Source: Mizuhopecten yessoensis
Taxonomy: Eukaryota
Direction of reading: 5' to 3'
DNA length: 64,000 nt
Assembly: GCF_002113885.1 (NCBI RefSeq)
Contig: NW_018480062.1
Coordinates: 336,470-400,469 of the forward strand
Made by a program: the position numbers and the translations under genes. This document shows, piece by piece, positions 22,428-35,959 of this stretch (position 1 is its first letter; every line of letters begins with the position of its first letter). A model generated the notes under the pieces. That model saw only the letters and a program-made list of their open reading frames with translations, was not told where the DNA came from and made no database searches.

Positions 22428-22969
22428 TGTAGTAGTGTCATTATTTGTCATTATTACTTTTAATATATTTGTGGTATTTAGCTATACGCGTTCGTATGTA
22501 ACGGAAATCAGCCTTCCGTGTAATTTTGTACGTCACGCATTGCGGCAAAACTTTTAGCGCGCGCGCGGAAATAGCACGCGTAAATGCGAGTAAGGTACTG
22601 AGCGGATGTGATGTAATGTGTTGTAAACCTGTTTGTCCAGCACGTATTGTCTATGTATAGAATACCTAGTGTGGAATGTAGGGTAATTTACCTGGTGCAC
22701 TGGTCACTTTGAACAGAGCGGCCAGAGTGAGCACAGCGAACATTTGTACACCTATATCTTTACCTAGCCAGCATAGGAATTAAAAGAGGTAGCGGGCACT
22801 AGAGCCAAAAGCAAATAATCTTACATTGAACGAGTAAGACTGAGGACTCAGCGGACTTTGTCCGAGAAAACCCTCTTCACATTGAAGAGGGTTTTTACTT
22901 ACGTAATAAATTAACTGAGAAAAGAACCCAGGAGTTGTCGTATATCCACGATAAAAGACGACTATTACA
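22428..22969 (+). repeat. 3' LTR (542 bp), the precisely spliced form of the 5' LTR
   Basis: 935 - 199 - 194 = 542; TG...CA termini; followed by TATA TSD. Confidence 0.96.
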
Positions 22970-24469
22970 TATATACTTATTATTTTTATTCTAGTTTCAT
23001 GTACTTGCCTAAATAGATAAAGAGAATTAAACTCATTTTATCCTCGTTCAACCTTCGAGTGATATTGGGCCAACTCGATGAGCGCATGAATATTTTATAT
23101 TAACATCAGGGTCATTTGGTTGGACGGAAGTTGTGGAATCGATTGTTTTTTCCAAAAGTCTCAGAAAGAGTATTCGTGCAGTAGATCATTCTTTACATGT
23201 CTTTCGAATCAACACCGTTAAAGTCGTCGGAGGCCAATACTATTATGACACGCCTGGTTTATACTAAGTTTGTTTAACGTTTTATCGTTTAAGAAAAAGT
23301 TTGGCCTTCCGACATTTTATAACACAAATTCTGATAAGAAAACGAACATGCATTTAATAAATATTCACGATTACCGTGACACATCGTGTGAGAAAATCAT
23401 GCCGATTTTAATGTAAATATTACTCCAGAAGGAAGACGTACGTGTGGTTAGATCATTTAAGCAATAATTTGTCTATTGCGTTAGAAGTTTATTTCCCCGT
23501 GTCTCCGTTGAAAAAGTTTCAAAATTGTCGAAAACAACTGACGATGACTGCTTTATTTACACTATGCACCCTTTTCGTTGAATACTCAATAGAATATTTG
23601 ATTATTTAAAAAAAAGGAATATAAGTTTGGTTTTTGTTTTTGTTTCTGTGCAAGTTGATTTCACCGCACGGCTTGCGAGGTACAGGTAAGACCGGGCGAG
23701 ATAAACTCACTCGATGGGTATCGGTCAAATCCGTCAAATCCGTCATTCTCATACAAAGAGCGATGTAACTGTGTTACAAATATTACGCTTGTGCCTGTGA
23801 CGATACTTACACCGTTTATAATGACTTGTGACTAATTGTAAATACAGCATGGTTTTCTTAAAACCACGAAATAAACGAAAAGAAATCCCCAACGAAATAT
23901 ACTGCTTTTACAGTAGTAACATTAGAAAATATAGCCTTGTTCCAGCAAAATAAATTGTTCCTTATGCGATAAAACAGTTTGCCCGGAATGAACCAGGAAT
24001 CACAAACAAAATTAAAAAAGATGAAATAGCATGTTTGACATAGCTGTTCTTATCGTTTGCAAAACCGTTCCGTTCATCTCCAAGATGTAAAGGCGCATAT
24101 TATTGGACTATCTTTGATCGACATGTATTGCATTCCATCATGAATATTATAAAGACGCATTTATCTTGAAGCATATTTAGTGTTATATTGATTTAAAACA
24201 TTTTGAAAATTTGCCAAGTGAGTGAATGTGCCTTAAATTTACGTTGACAGTTCCATGCTACATAAACAACTCGTCCCAGACGAAGGAATGTGGCAAATTT
24301 GTTTAAACGGATGTAATTTTTAAAGAAAGATTACCTCGGCACTTTTACGAAATGAACGTAGTGAAGGTAATGCCATAAACGTTTGTCTGTACAATGTGGC
24401 ACTTGTTTTAAATACATTTATACTTTATATTATTGAATTCGCATTCGGTAAACACAAGCGGGTACTTAC

Positions 24470-24544
24470 AATTTCTGTAGGTTCGGGTAAAACTGTAGCG
24501 AGGCATTAGTCAATTCTGAGAGATCAGCTTGATCCTCAATCATC
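24470..24544 (-). CDS. Internal 75-nt phase 2-2 LRR exon of a probable Trk (NTRK-like) receptor tyrosine kinase gene
   Basis: ATATTTTCAG| ... |GTAAGT on the minus strand; encodes MIEDQADLSELTNASLQFYPNLQK(L), aligning without gaps to the first-LRR exon of vertebrate Trks as I recall it (TrkC HIENWRSLHTLNAVDMELYTGLQKL); other exons not found. Confidence 0.62.
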
Positions 24545-26760
24545 CTGAAAATATATAAATTATTCAATTGATGTATTAGAAAGTAGCAAAATCAACAAAA
24601 CGAAACTAAAACTGAAAATGAAATAGAAATGCAATAAAGAATGTCTAAGTACAATGTATATCAGAAGGGTAAAATATGACAATAAATGCATGAAAAGAAG
24701 TCATCAACAAAGACAATTACTCAAACTACAATATTCGAATTTCTAAAAATGTAGTGTTTTCTTAACGAGAAACCGCTCCCTGAAATCTTTCGACATTCCG
24801 TTGGGTACGCTCATCCTGCGTTATAAATTTACATGATCTAGTGACATTTCAGACTAACATCTATCTCGGAACTCGTTTCCAGCTATATATCACGGACAAA
24901 GTTTCACGTAAACTGTCTATACAGTGTGTACACAACAGAACGAACACAATAAATCTCACTCCCAAAGCATACCCAGTAAGATGTTATAGATTTGTTTAAG
25001 TGACAAATGTCTTCCAATGACCTTGACCCTGAACTTTATGTGCGAGCACGAGACCGCGTGCTACACGATCGAACACATGACCCGTATTTGCCAAAACCAG
25101 CATCACTGTGCTTTACAGTTGGAGGCCTCGTTTTGATAACCGATGGTTACTTTAAGCATTCGTTCCAGACAACAAACTGTCCATAAACTTCGATAAACTC
25201 CGTTTGGTTTGGTTTGATTTTAGATAATGCCCTTTGAAGTTATTTTAGGAACTTCAAAGTTTATTTTGTCCTCGTTTAATTTGTACGCGATTCCGTTCGA
25301 AGTAAAGCTGTTGTTGATACGATTCTATCTATGATGTCGGGTAAGCACACTATTCTTACGTAAATATCGGTTTTACCTTGACACTTGGCACCGTTGCGTT
25401 GATCTTTATTACAGAAGCTAACATTGGATATTTCGCTTACTTTGATCAAGGACGTATTGCATTTTGGGATTGCATAAATCATTTTCTAACCAACATTATC
25501 TTGCAATGGCCTAACCGCACGGAACACAGCTGTTTGATGACGAGACAGATTTATTTTGTCCCTGCTTTAACGCTTTATATTGAGGTATGTTGCTCGGGTC
25601 GCCATTACTGGCGATGTGTTGTTTGTTGTTTTGAATGGTATCATATATAGCATGGATTAGGAACTGTCGTAAGTTATCTTACGTTTCAATTTTTTTTTAA
25701 TTTCTTGATTTATATTAGCCCTACTATGATTGAAACCGACATAGAGGCGGTTCTGTTGGGTGTGGAAAGGAGGGACGAATGTCGGATTGAGGGCATTTTT
25801 GGAGTAAGTGCAACTTTTGTTTTTAACACATCCAGGATCCTTGTTGAAACATATTATATTTTAGAATATAGCAGAGTGTATGAGGCGTATTGTCGGTTAA
25901 TATGATAACTCATGGTGCAACGATTACTGTAGTACGATAACATCAGAAATATCATTTTATCCAGATTGGAACATATTTCATATCTTCATATACTCGTCCC
26001 GGGTTTTATACGTATGACTTCCGGTTTGTCGCTAATCCACTCGACCTCTTGGACCACCTCAAATGTATATTTTATAATATATGATAATCAAATAATGAAG
26101 GAGACTATTACATGTACAATCCCACAACACATTTCGTTAAAGTGTCATATCACTTAAATTACGTTGCAGTTCTGTTTCCACACTGTGTTTTGATCAACAA
26201 ATACAACAGTTATCCCCCTTGTCATCCCCTTTTTTATCCAGTTTGAGTGCGTTTACGTCTATCAGTGCTATTGATTGAGACATGCACTCAGAAGGAACGG
26301 CGGCAATACACACGCTAGCGTCAAGACAATGCATCATTACAGGAACGAGAAGTCAAATAAATTCCTGTTCCTGAATCAAATAGCATTACCTAACTTTTTT
26401 TCCAGACATCCGTGCCACACAAACAGACGTTATAGATCTAACAGCACTATTCTGCACTATAAATCAATTAACACTAATTACTTATGTTATGTGCAGGGAA
26501 CCGATGTTTACATAGTTTGGCAGACGACATGTTTGTTAGCCTGCGTTGTCAAAGTGTCAAGCCCACAGTCTGACTCAACCCGTCTCTTATTTTATGTTTG
26601 ATGAGTTTGTCTAACAGACCTTCTGAACGCAAGATGATAAACATCAATTATATGATGACATTTTATGCATAAAAATAGCTCATTTAGAAGGGAAATATGA
26701 TTGTTTGTTTACCTAAGATTTATAATGTTAAAGATTGCAAAGCTCGAGTGAAACATATAG

Positions 26761-28321
26761 TAGAGTTCCCACAATGGGATCCCGTGACCACTTTTCCCGG
26801 ACCAAGGTTTGAAAGCTGATTTGAGTCAATTTGAGGATTCTGATTAAAATGAGCTGGGGTGAACATCGTTTAAATGTGGGCTAACTCGGCCTTCAGACGC
26901 GAAAATTCAAAATTGCCACCACCCGTCGTCTGGTATATAACAAAAAATACATATCTTTGCGTCTAGATGTCCGTTTTATGTGATTTTTGGATCTAAATAT
27001 ATGTTTGAGAGTTCAGGGAATTTATTTATTAGTATAATAACTTGTTTGAAGTAAGCATTAGAACGAAAAATGAAAGTAATGATGACGAAGTTATATGTAG
27101 TGACTCTGGATAAAGAGGAAGATGGGGACTGAAAGTCTACATGTTTCATTGACCAGACAACCTGTGCAGTTTGGAAAAAAAATAGGTCTGCTGAATCCCA
27201 CTGCATGACCGTAAGGGGCGACTAATGTGGGAGCCCCTGCACAATTGGGGGTTTCGTCCGTGTCTTCTACGAAGGGGAAATGGACAAAAGACAAAACTTG
27301 ATCTGCGTCCTCCATTACAACACTTTAGATATTTTTCGTTTCCTTCCTTTCCTGTCTTCTTTCTTTTCTAACTACTAGCTGTTTGTGGCGGCGACTACCA
27401 AGACACCCGTTCGCATATTAACCATTGGTGATTTGCTTTTGTGCCCTCTATTTGGGGACATAAAAGCGACCAAAATAAATCTGCTGCACCCATTGCAATA
27501 TTTGGGATTTACATTATATTTTTCTATTTCTAACTACCTTTTATTTCCTAGCGCCCTGCTTGGCAACACCTCACTTTTGGCTTTAACGTTGAACGTTACA
27601 ACGTTCGCGCAGGTGAGAAATGCAATGGGTTCTGTCCCCAGGCCGGGAAATACCAAAATCCTTACAAATGGTAGTTGTTATTCCCTGCTTAACGTTCAGC
27701 ATTTAGAAAAATGGCAACAACGGGTGAACCAGTTGTCAGCATATTGTTACAGGACGGAATGTTGTGATGGGGCCTTTGGCATGGTACTTCAGTGAGATAG
27801 CACTATAAAATCAGCTTCAGATACGCGCTATCACAAGGAGGCAAGTACACCAACATAGCCTTTCTCCGGCACACATACACATATGCACGCTTACACAACG
27901 CACAAAGTGACACGTTATTAAATGACATTAGCTGTTTATAGGACGTTGAACTAATTAAAAACAAACCCCACCAACCATATGATTCTTGCTGATGCAATGA
28001 TAATAAATAAACAAAATAATTGACCAGACATTTCATATAATGGTTGTTTCAACTCAGTTACAATGGTTAAAGATTGAAACTTATATATTTAGACCCAAAA
28101 ATCATATAAAACGGACATCTAGAAGCAAAGATATGTATTTTTTGTTATATACCAGACGACGGGTAGCGGCCATTTTGAATTTTCGCGTCTGGCCGAGTTA
28201 GCCCACATTTTCACGATGTTCACCCCAGCTCATTTTAATCAGCACCCTCAAATTGACTAAAATCAACTTTCAAACCTTGGTCCGGGAAAAGTGGTCACGG
28301 GACCCCATTGTGGGAACTCTA
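26761..28321. mobile_element. Non-autonomous DNA transposon with ~240-bp TIRs
   Basis: 26761-27002 is the reverse complement of 28083-28321 (roughly 90% identical); termini TA-GAGTTCCC...GGGAACTC-TA; no transposase inside. Confidence 0.85.
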
Positions 28322-28672
28322 CCAATAGCTGATCGAGGGGAAACAATTGATAGAGTTTTACTGCTTCATGTACAGTGTACAAGAGCAATATATATTTTAT
28401 CATACCGACATAGAACAACAGGTCAACACCAGAACCAATTAGACTACTTATTGTCATCATTTTTTGTTGTTGTTGTTGTTGTTGTTGTTGCACATACGCA
28501 TTGGGTTTTACAGATACCTGTATTCAACGTGGAAACTTAGCGAGAGGAAGGGACATTCATTGTTGTACTGCCCGTCATGTGATATGTGAAAAACAATCAG
28601 ACACACTGTAACATTGCTCTAAGGAATACATCCGTATATATGCGATTCAATCTTTTACCGAGTACAAATATG

Positions 28673-29120
28673 CCGGGAGAGGGCGCTGTTTATAAAGGAC
28701 ATCGACCCTAATAAGCATATCAGAAAAAGAAAAAAAAATGTCTGAGCAATATTTTCCCCTTGGCGAATCATTTTTAAGACTTATACGATGTACATGATGT
28801 ACAACGTAAAAATGTGACTTTATGTGGCAATTGTCCTCATTTGATGAAGGGAAAGGAGTTTGAAAGTTAATATTACGACAATTATAGTATACAAAGATCC
28901 AATGTCTAATACATTTCCTGTTTTGTTTAGTCTTTGGAGACAAAAAGACTTTCCGGGAGAGGGCGCTGTTGATAAAGGCATATACCATAATTAACATATC
29001 AGTATTTTTTTCTGAGCAATATTTTCCCCTTGGCGACTCACTTTTAAGAATAATACAAGTTACAAATGTGACTTTAGTATGGCAGTTTCTTCATTTATTG
29101 AAGGAAAAAAGGTTAGAAAG
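28673..29120. repeat. Diverged direct duplication, 280-bp period
   Basis: CCGGGAGAGGGCGCTGTT...TCTGAGCAATATTTTCCCCTTGGCGA...AATGTGACTTTA at 28673 and 28953. Confidence 0.75.
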
Positions 29121-32100
29121 GAACAATAACGACAATAATATCATGTTATACAATCCCATAACGTCTCATATATTTCTTGTTGGTCAAGTGTTTGGAGAAG
29201 ACATGACAGAGATATACGAGACTATCAAACAGGAGTAATAAATATCCGGTTTCAAAGTTCTTTTAGATATAGACTTTCCACTTTTATGGCTAAATAGGCC
29301 CTATTTCCCATTAGATTAGTTTCGACGTCATTAGGGGTCATGTACATACGGATTTAATATTCACACCGACAAATCATATTATTAGCTAAATTAACTCCCG
29401 GTTAATGTAACAGTGTTATTTTGCTTAATAATTAGTTACAATTCTCTTGTTAATTTCTTATGTACGGTGTTGAAGTTTTAGTAACGGTATGACTCGAATG
29501 ACATCAAATACACTCACTGCAAGACGCAGAATCGACAGACGTGCCATCTGAACTGGGTATTATAAAAGGATTTTGTTTTTAGCACAACTGATATAGCTTT
29601 TTTATACGGATTTTTAGCCACAATTATGTTAAAGCGGAAAATACTGTGTATTTTAACACAGTTTAGATACGTTTACTTTATCTTAATACAATGTCATAAA
29701 GCGTGATAATAATGGCCAGAAAATATCAAATGTTTTGGTTAACTTCGATTTAAGTGAATTACATGTAACTACATGAGTAACATTGTAGGTCACGAGTGCT
29801 GCACATTTAGTATGGTGACGTTGCCATTTGGTATCGGTCAGACATTTCGATGTCCACTTTCAACAGATTTTATTCACGGTGGTATATGAATAGGGTTGAA
29901 CAACAGGCTACGCCTTTATCAATTTTCTTCTAAACTGTAGATTATCATTCTGCAAGATAAATAAAATAATTCGATAAAAAATAACAAAATAAAATACAGT
30001 AATACGCACGTGTATAAGATGAACTCGAACGTATAATAGAATTTTTGATCAATCCCTTAATTAACCGTCAAACAGATCCCCCCAACTTACGCTCTGGCTA
30101 CTTGCCTAATACAAATAACGTTTATGTGTTTTTTCTAATTATCAGCTTGTAATTATTTGTATATCCCTATAACCTAGGCTAGCTGAACATTTGCTTTGCT
30201 TCCTAACCCCTCCAGACAACTTCACTCTACAATCAGCCTGCACGTCCCGTATATAATGTAAAAATCATGGTGAACATTTTTGTTTTCCTCAACGCATACA
30301 AAACCTAAGCCAAAATCACCCAAACCATCCTATCGAATCTATTGAAGTACTCGTGTTGCCGCTTCTGGCAATATAGACGTCCGGAATATAATGATAGACG
30401 TTGCGAAATGTAGTATATTTCATTTTCTATGTCTTTTTTATAAAGGTCGTCCACTAGCTAGCTACACGTACACATCAAAGGTCGATAACAAAACAAGGCA
30501 AAGGTCGATATACGTATGGTCATGGGTTTTGAGAATAATTGTTGAACAATATACGATTAGGATATTACGTCCGTTTCATCTGGTGTTTACTTGGTATTTG
30601 TATTTGTGTTAGATGAAAGCAAAGTGATCTCCAACAAAATGTGCCTACAGCTTGTTATTTCTCTTGTGGTGACACGTACCATTTATCTGCTAATTGATAA
30701 CACGAGGCGCAGCGCGTGTCGAACTCTAGGTCATTAAGACAGCCCATATGTCTCTATGCTTTGTTATCAAGTATCTGTAAACAAACTTTTTTGATCAATG
30801 TCGGCGATTTGCAATAAACGTTATGGTCTGCAATTTTCTATATGATCACATTAATTTGTAATTAGGGAAAGGTCTTTGTAAAGAAACGTCCAAAGTGCTG
30901 ATACCGTATATTTTTGCGGTGTTATTATTTTGCGGTTGTCCCGATCACAACACGTTCGCAGGAGTTGAATTTCGTGCAACTAGGTGAACATATCGTTCTC
31001 AGGAGGGTACTTTTGTATATAGGTGATATGAATTCTTTTACATTTGTTTTGTGAAAATAGAGTAAAATACGTTATTGAATTGTTGTTTTATCCTCATCAT
31101 TCGGCAGTAAACAGGTAAAAAGATTATTTGTTTTTCGTCTGTATATTTATATTCACGTAAATTATAGTACACATGAACATCGTTATTTTTTTCACTTGAT
31201 ATTTAATTTTGCGCTATCTTTAGTAACCGCGATTATGGCGAAATCAAATCCCCGAGAATATTGCAAATTCTATAATCAGCTAGGCAGAATGAATAAGGGG
31301 AAACGATCTTTTCTGATGCGAAATGTTGTTAAGGATAAATCTCAAATTTAACATCAGAAAAGGTTACAAACACCTGCCTAGCGAATTTATTAATAGATAC
31401 ACGTGTATATTATTGATCTGAATACAAATCAACTGATTACATAATGTCTTGATATAAATACCTATTTATCGATTGTTTTATTTGATTTTAATAGATATGA
31501 AAATATTATTAACTTGTAACCATCATGATCGAAAATTATAATTTGCATGTAAGATTAATTAGACATACTCAAAAAAATCGGAAGATGGTTCATATTGCGG
31601 TAAAATATAAGCCAACCCTTTTGAGTCAAAGTACATTCTAATACATGTACTTATCAATTAACTCTTATACATTGTAAGACTTATTGTGAATTCTGAATTA
31701 CGTCGTAGTAATATAGTTTTTTCCTAGGCGTGCATCCAGGAACTTCAGAAATTCGTTGACAAACATGGTCCTAACGAGCTAATGTCTACTCTGGTTTCGT
31801 TTTACTTGTAACTGGTATTTATCCTGACACGGTTCAGAGGATATATTAGTTTAAGAAAACACGATCTGTCGTAACCAAATGCTGTAAATATTTAATGCAG
31901 TAAATGATGGTATTATTACTTTTTCCCTTTTCCGGTATTGTACATTTTTTTCGAAACAATTTTGACACGGGTTTTAACTCATTCACCCCCGAATACACAT
32001 TTGAACTCTTCAAATTCAAAAGCTGGAATAGTTCATTATGCATTTGCAGGTGTGAATAAGTTTACCTTGTACACTTTGTACCTCTGACGGTTACTTTATT

Positions 32101-35100
32101 GACGACACAGCGTTATGGTGTTTAGTAAAGTGTTAACTTACTTTGGCTTTCCGCCTCAAATAATTTTCTTAAATAGCTGTTTCCATGTTTCCTGTTTCTT
32201 GTTATTATTTTATTAGTTTATTCACTCAAGGTAAAACGATGATCTTAACTAGTATTTAATTTACATTGATCGGCAATATATGTATTAATAAAAATATATT
32301 TCAACACATTTTCGACGATTTTTCAAGTAATTTGTTTCATATGTAGTGTACTTAACAGGCCCATCTGATGAGTAAACACTGGCGATTTCTCCTGAAATCA
32401 AATACAATAAACAATCTAACTGATACTAGAATGTGTCCTATGAAATTTTCACTAATAAATATGGGCGATATAGTTATAATCATGTCTGTGACATTTCCTG
32501 TTCTCATTACCTTTCTGTATACGCCAACCTTCAGAAAATACCTCACATGAATTTCCGGAGCTGTCGGCGAACCGAATATGACATTTCAGAAATTACGAAG
32601 GTGGAACGAATAGTGAATTTTGATAATTCCACAGAACACCAACAATAAGTCTGACTTGATAGACCTGTTATAGTACGATTAGAATGTCTCCGGAGATACC
32701 GCGGTTTGTTTGGTTACCAGGCTTGAAACTGTTCTGGGAATCCATGGAACTCCTGGATCGCAGTTTAATTTTTCCAACACGAGAAAAGATGTTGAACAAA
32801 AAGAAATATTTTCTTGAGTCACAATCAGATTTGAAGAAGAATCAAATTATATATCCTAATTACCATTTTTTCAAATTTTCATGTTGAAAGATATTGTTTT
32901 CCAACATTAAAGAAATATAAAAATTCAGAAGCTATCATCTAGAACTATGCATACGTGCGTAAGTTGACGATTCACTCATTTGTAATATTTCTTTCTGATT
33001 AAATATTCAATTCATATAGTTCTTTTATTGAAAGTGTCATATTTGGTTTCAAAGCAATATTGTTGAAATGCATTTAAAAACTGTTGCAATAAATCATAAT
33101 CTAGTCTCTTGAAAAATAACTAGGAGCAAACCATACATATATGTGATTAAATCAATTCCCTACCTAATTATTTCTGAGTTGAGCCTCGTAAACCCACACC
33201 TTCTAGTACTAATTATACACTGTATGTTGAAAATGTAAGCTGAGGCCGGAGTCTTTAGCTTTTGTTGAAATTATCGAAGGATGTTGACACAACCTTAAGT
33301 TTGTCGTTCCTTGAACGGCTCAGGGTCACCGATGATTAGATTGTGAGAATATATACTCGCATCTACGATAACGGTTGCTACAAACTAAAAGTTTCATCAC
33401 AATGACTAAAACTGCAATAAAGCATTTGTTTTGCTATTCATGTTTTAAACGCATTTGAGAAGCAGATAAGAAGTATCAGAAATATTTTCGTTTGCAGTTG
33501 CCTGCATGCGTTAACAACGTGATGCTGAGCGGATATTTGTTGAGGAAAGATGTAGGTAACTGTTATGTAGCATATCGCTCAAGTCGTAACCAATTCATTT
33601 GTAAATAACGTGAGTTAAAATTCAAATAAATAACACAAAATATTTAATCGGCTCTTTTAAGTAAGCATGTTTTTGGGTCGAGTTTGGTATGATATGATGA
33701 GAGGTAACTAGGGTAGTTTATACGTTGTTGTACAGGTATATCTCTTCCTCCCCATTCCTTCTCCCTCCTCCTTCCTTCTCCCAAACACAAAAAAGAAAAA
33801 ACAAACCATTCCATGGGTGTTAATGTCGAAACAACGAATCTGTGTCCCCGTAAAATAGAGAGATCAATGATTTGTATTAGCTGCAATACAAAACGCAATG
33901 CGATGCTTTGACATTCATAGGGTGTCTCGGTCGTAAAAAGCACATCTGGCGACAATTTTCTTCATAAAACAAGTTTCATTGAAATGACTTATCCATGGCA
34001 GAAACATTAAATCTTCCAGGAATCGTTTTGTCCAACCAGAGACGGTTTTATCGAGTTAGCATGCTGGGAATATAAAATCTGCTTGTTGCACCGAAGCAAT
34101 TAAAGCTAGTTCTGGCTGTGTATGTTTTGCTGAGCCAGACTTACGACTCGGTTTATATGGGCTTGCATGGATCTACCAAAAATAAAATCATATCCTCATG
34201 AACGACATTCGGTTACATTGAAAGCCACTAGCTTTTCACTTTCAAAAATGGATATAACCAATTTGCATTCATACTTCATGAATGCCATTTCTTTACAATA
34301 CATAAACTGACTTTCTACGTTTATAGTTAACAGTGATATATATATATATAAGAATTCCGTAAAATGTGTGGTATTAGTGTGATACCTTCATGCATTTGCC
34401 CGGAACAGCATAACATCGCTTAATGTTTGCCTCATATAATGGTACACATACATGAAACAGGTTAATCGCAGCGGAAGATGTTTCAAAAATTAATGCGTCC
34501 GTGGTCCTATGAACGCAACTTATATTTTATATTGTTTATATAGAGACTTGCAACATAATTGTTAACGTTACAATTTATACCTCACATGTACATCACCCTT
34601 TGTTAAAGCACGGAGACTGTCGCACCAATCCAAGACCATGTTTTAGAGTACCTAGATTTTTTGGAGTTGATTTGGTTTGGCATTAGAAAGGTTTTTTTCT
34701 CTGAAAGTTTCGCCCTACAACAACTCCTGGACTGAAATCAAGCCGTCTGTTTGGAGGGCCGGATTGTGAAGAACGCCCTTTGCCAAAACCTCCTAAACTC
34801 ATGTACATTTGTATGCACTGTAAAAAAATGTTGGTATATTTTTATATTTGTCGGTTCACAAGAATCGAATACATCTAGACGAGTCCATATCTCTATTGTA
34901 GGATTTTTCATTCCGCTCATCCCCTTATTGTACAGTACATTGTACATGTAAGAAGGTTGAGGGAGCAAATCAAATCAGTACTCTAATCGGACCACTTTTA
35001 TGCATAAATATATCAATAAATGTGTCAACAGTTCATTTATTACTATGATGTAGCCATGGATATGTTTGTCAGATGGACAATACAGAAGTTCAGATAGCAT

Positions 35101-35959
35101 CAGAAGACGTATTTCGAACTCAAGTTGTAAAAAATTGCTTCTCCGAGGATTACGTATTTTCTTTCTGACTGTAGGAATATATTAAGCATATAGAAATACT
35201 TGTATTCACACACATTCTAAAGTTCAACATAAAATGATAGATTGCTGATGACAAAAGTTCATCTGAAGCGTAAGATATTGCAATATTGAAGTCGTGACAC
35301 GTTCTGGGTACTGACATTTGCCAAAATCGCAAACTCAAATTGGTGGCGTCATAACGTTCTATGAATATCTCACATGCGCCCTGTGTGTTTATTTCGTTAG
35401 TAAGAACACCCGGTGATATTCTTCTGTCGATAAAACCACAAATGAATAGAATCCTCTTAATTTTAATGAATGAATAAAGTGAGGGATTAGTGATCCATTT
35501 TGGAAAACGTCATCCCAATAATTTAATTTCAATATTAGCTCCATTTCGTATTCGTTGTGTTTCGTTGTTGAATCATTTAAGAAACTGTCAACGAATTTGG
35601 TCTAATCCCATCTGCACATGTGTTTCCTAAATTAGTTCCTGTAACCTGCGAGAAAGACTGTTTACGGTGATAACCACCGTTAGTTGTGGGCGTGTTTAGA
35701 TTCCTGTGGATGTCAGCAATTACTACACATGGAATTCACGCCGCTTTCACGGATTTGTCTCTGTTCTTATTTTCCCACTGTCAATGTGCTGAATGAATAA
35801 AATGTTCACATTTCAGAAATAGAAGTTTCTCTTCAACTTTTATTTTTTCATCCACAATATGTGCTTATTGGTGGAGTTTTTTACGTGGTGAACAAAAAAA
35901 ACTAGAATATCAAATGGTTTGATGTATGATAGAGTAAATGTGATTCCAAATAAATCACA

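Larger units (their letters stand above)
14026..22969 (+). mobile_element. Full-length Ty3/Gypsy LTR retrotransposon with asymmetric LTRs (intron-containing 5', intronless 3')
   Basis: TGTAGTAGT...ACTATTACA LTR termini, 4-bp TSD TATA (14022-14025, 22970-22973), PBS, PPT, open gag and pol in PR-RT-RH-IN order. Confidence 0.97.

Noticed and set aside
22831-22903. Hammerhead-ribozyme-like arrangement in the spliced LTR (CUGAGGA - stem - GAAAA - stem - UUU, with AGUAAGA/UUUUACU flanks)
   Set aside because: No register gives the essential G12, a paired stem II and a contiguous stem I at once. Only the hairpin is reported. An Infernal search or in vitro cleavage assay could overturn this.
27187-27240. 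Possible HDV-like ribozyme (CCGTAAGGGGCGACTAA motif)
   Set aside because: Too little sequence between the candidate P2 strands to build P1, P3 and P1.1; only a simple stem-loop is supportable.
28263-28493. PolyQ / polyV ORFs
   Set aside because: Translation of a (GTT)n microsatellite and a transposon TIR.
30902-31265. MITE-like fragment (TACCGTA start, TTTTGCGG motifs)
   Set aside because: Matching right terminus and TSD not found; too degraded to call.
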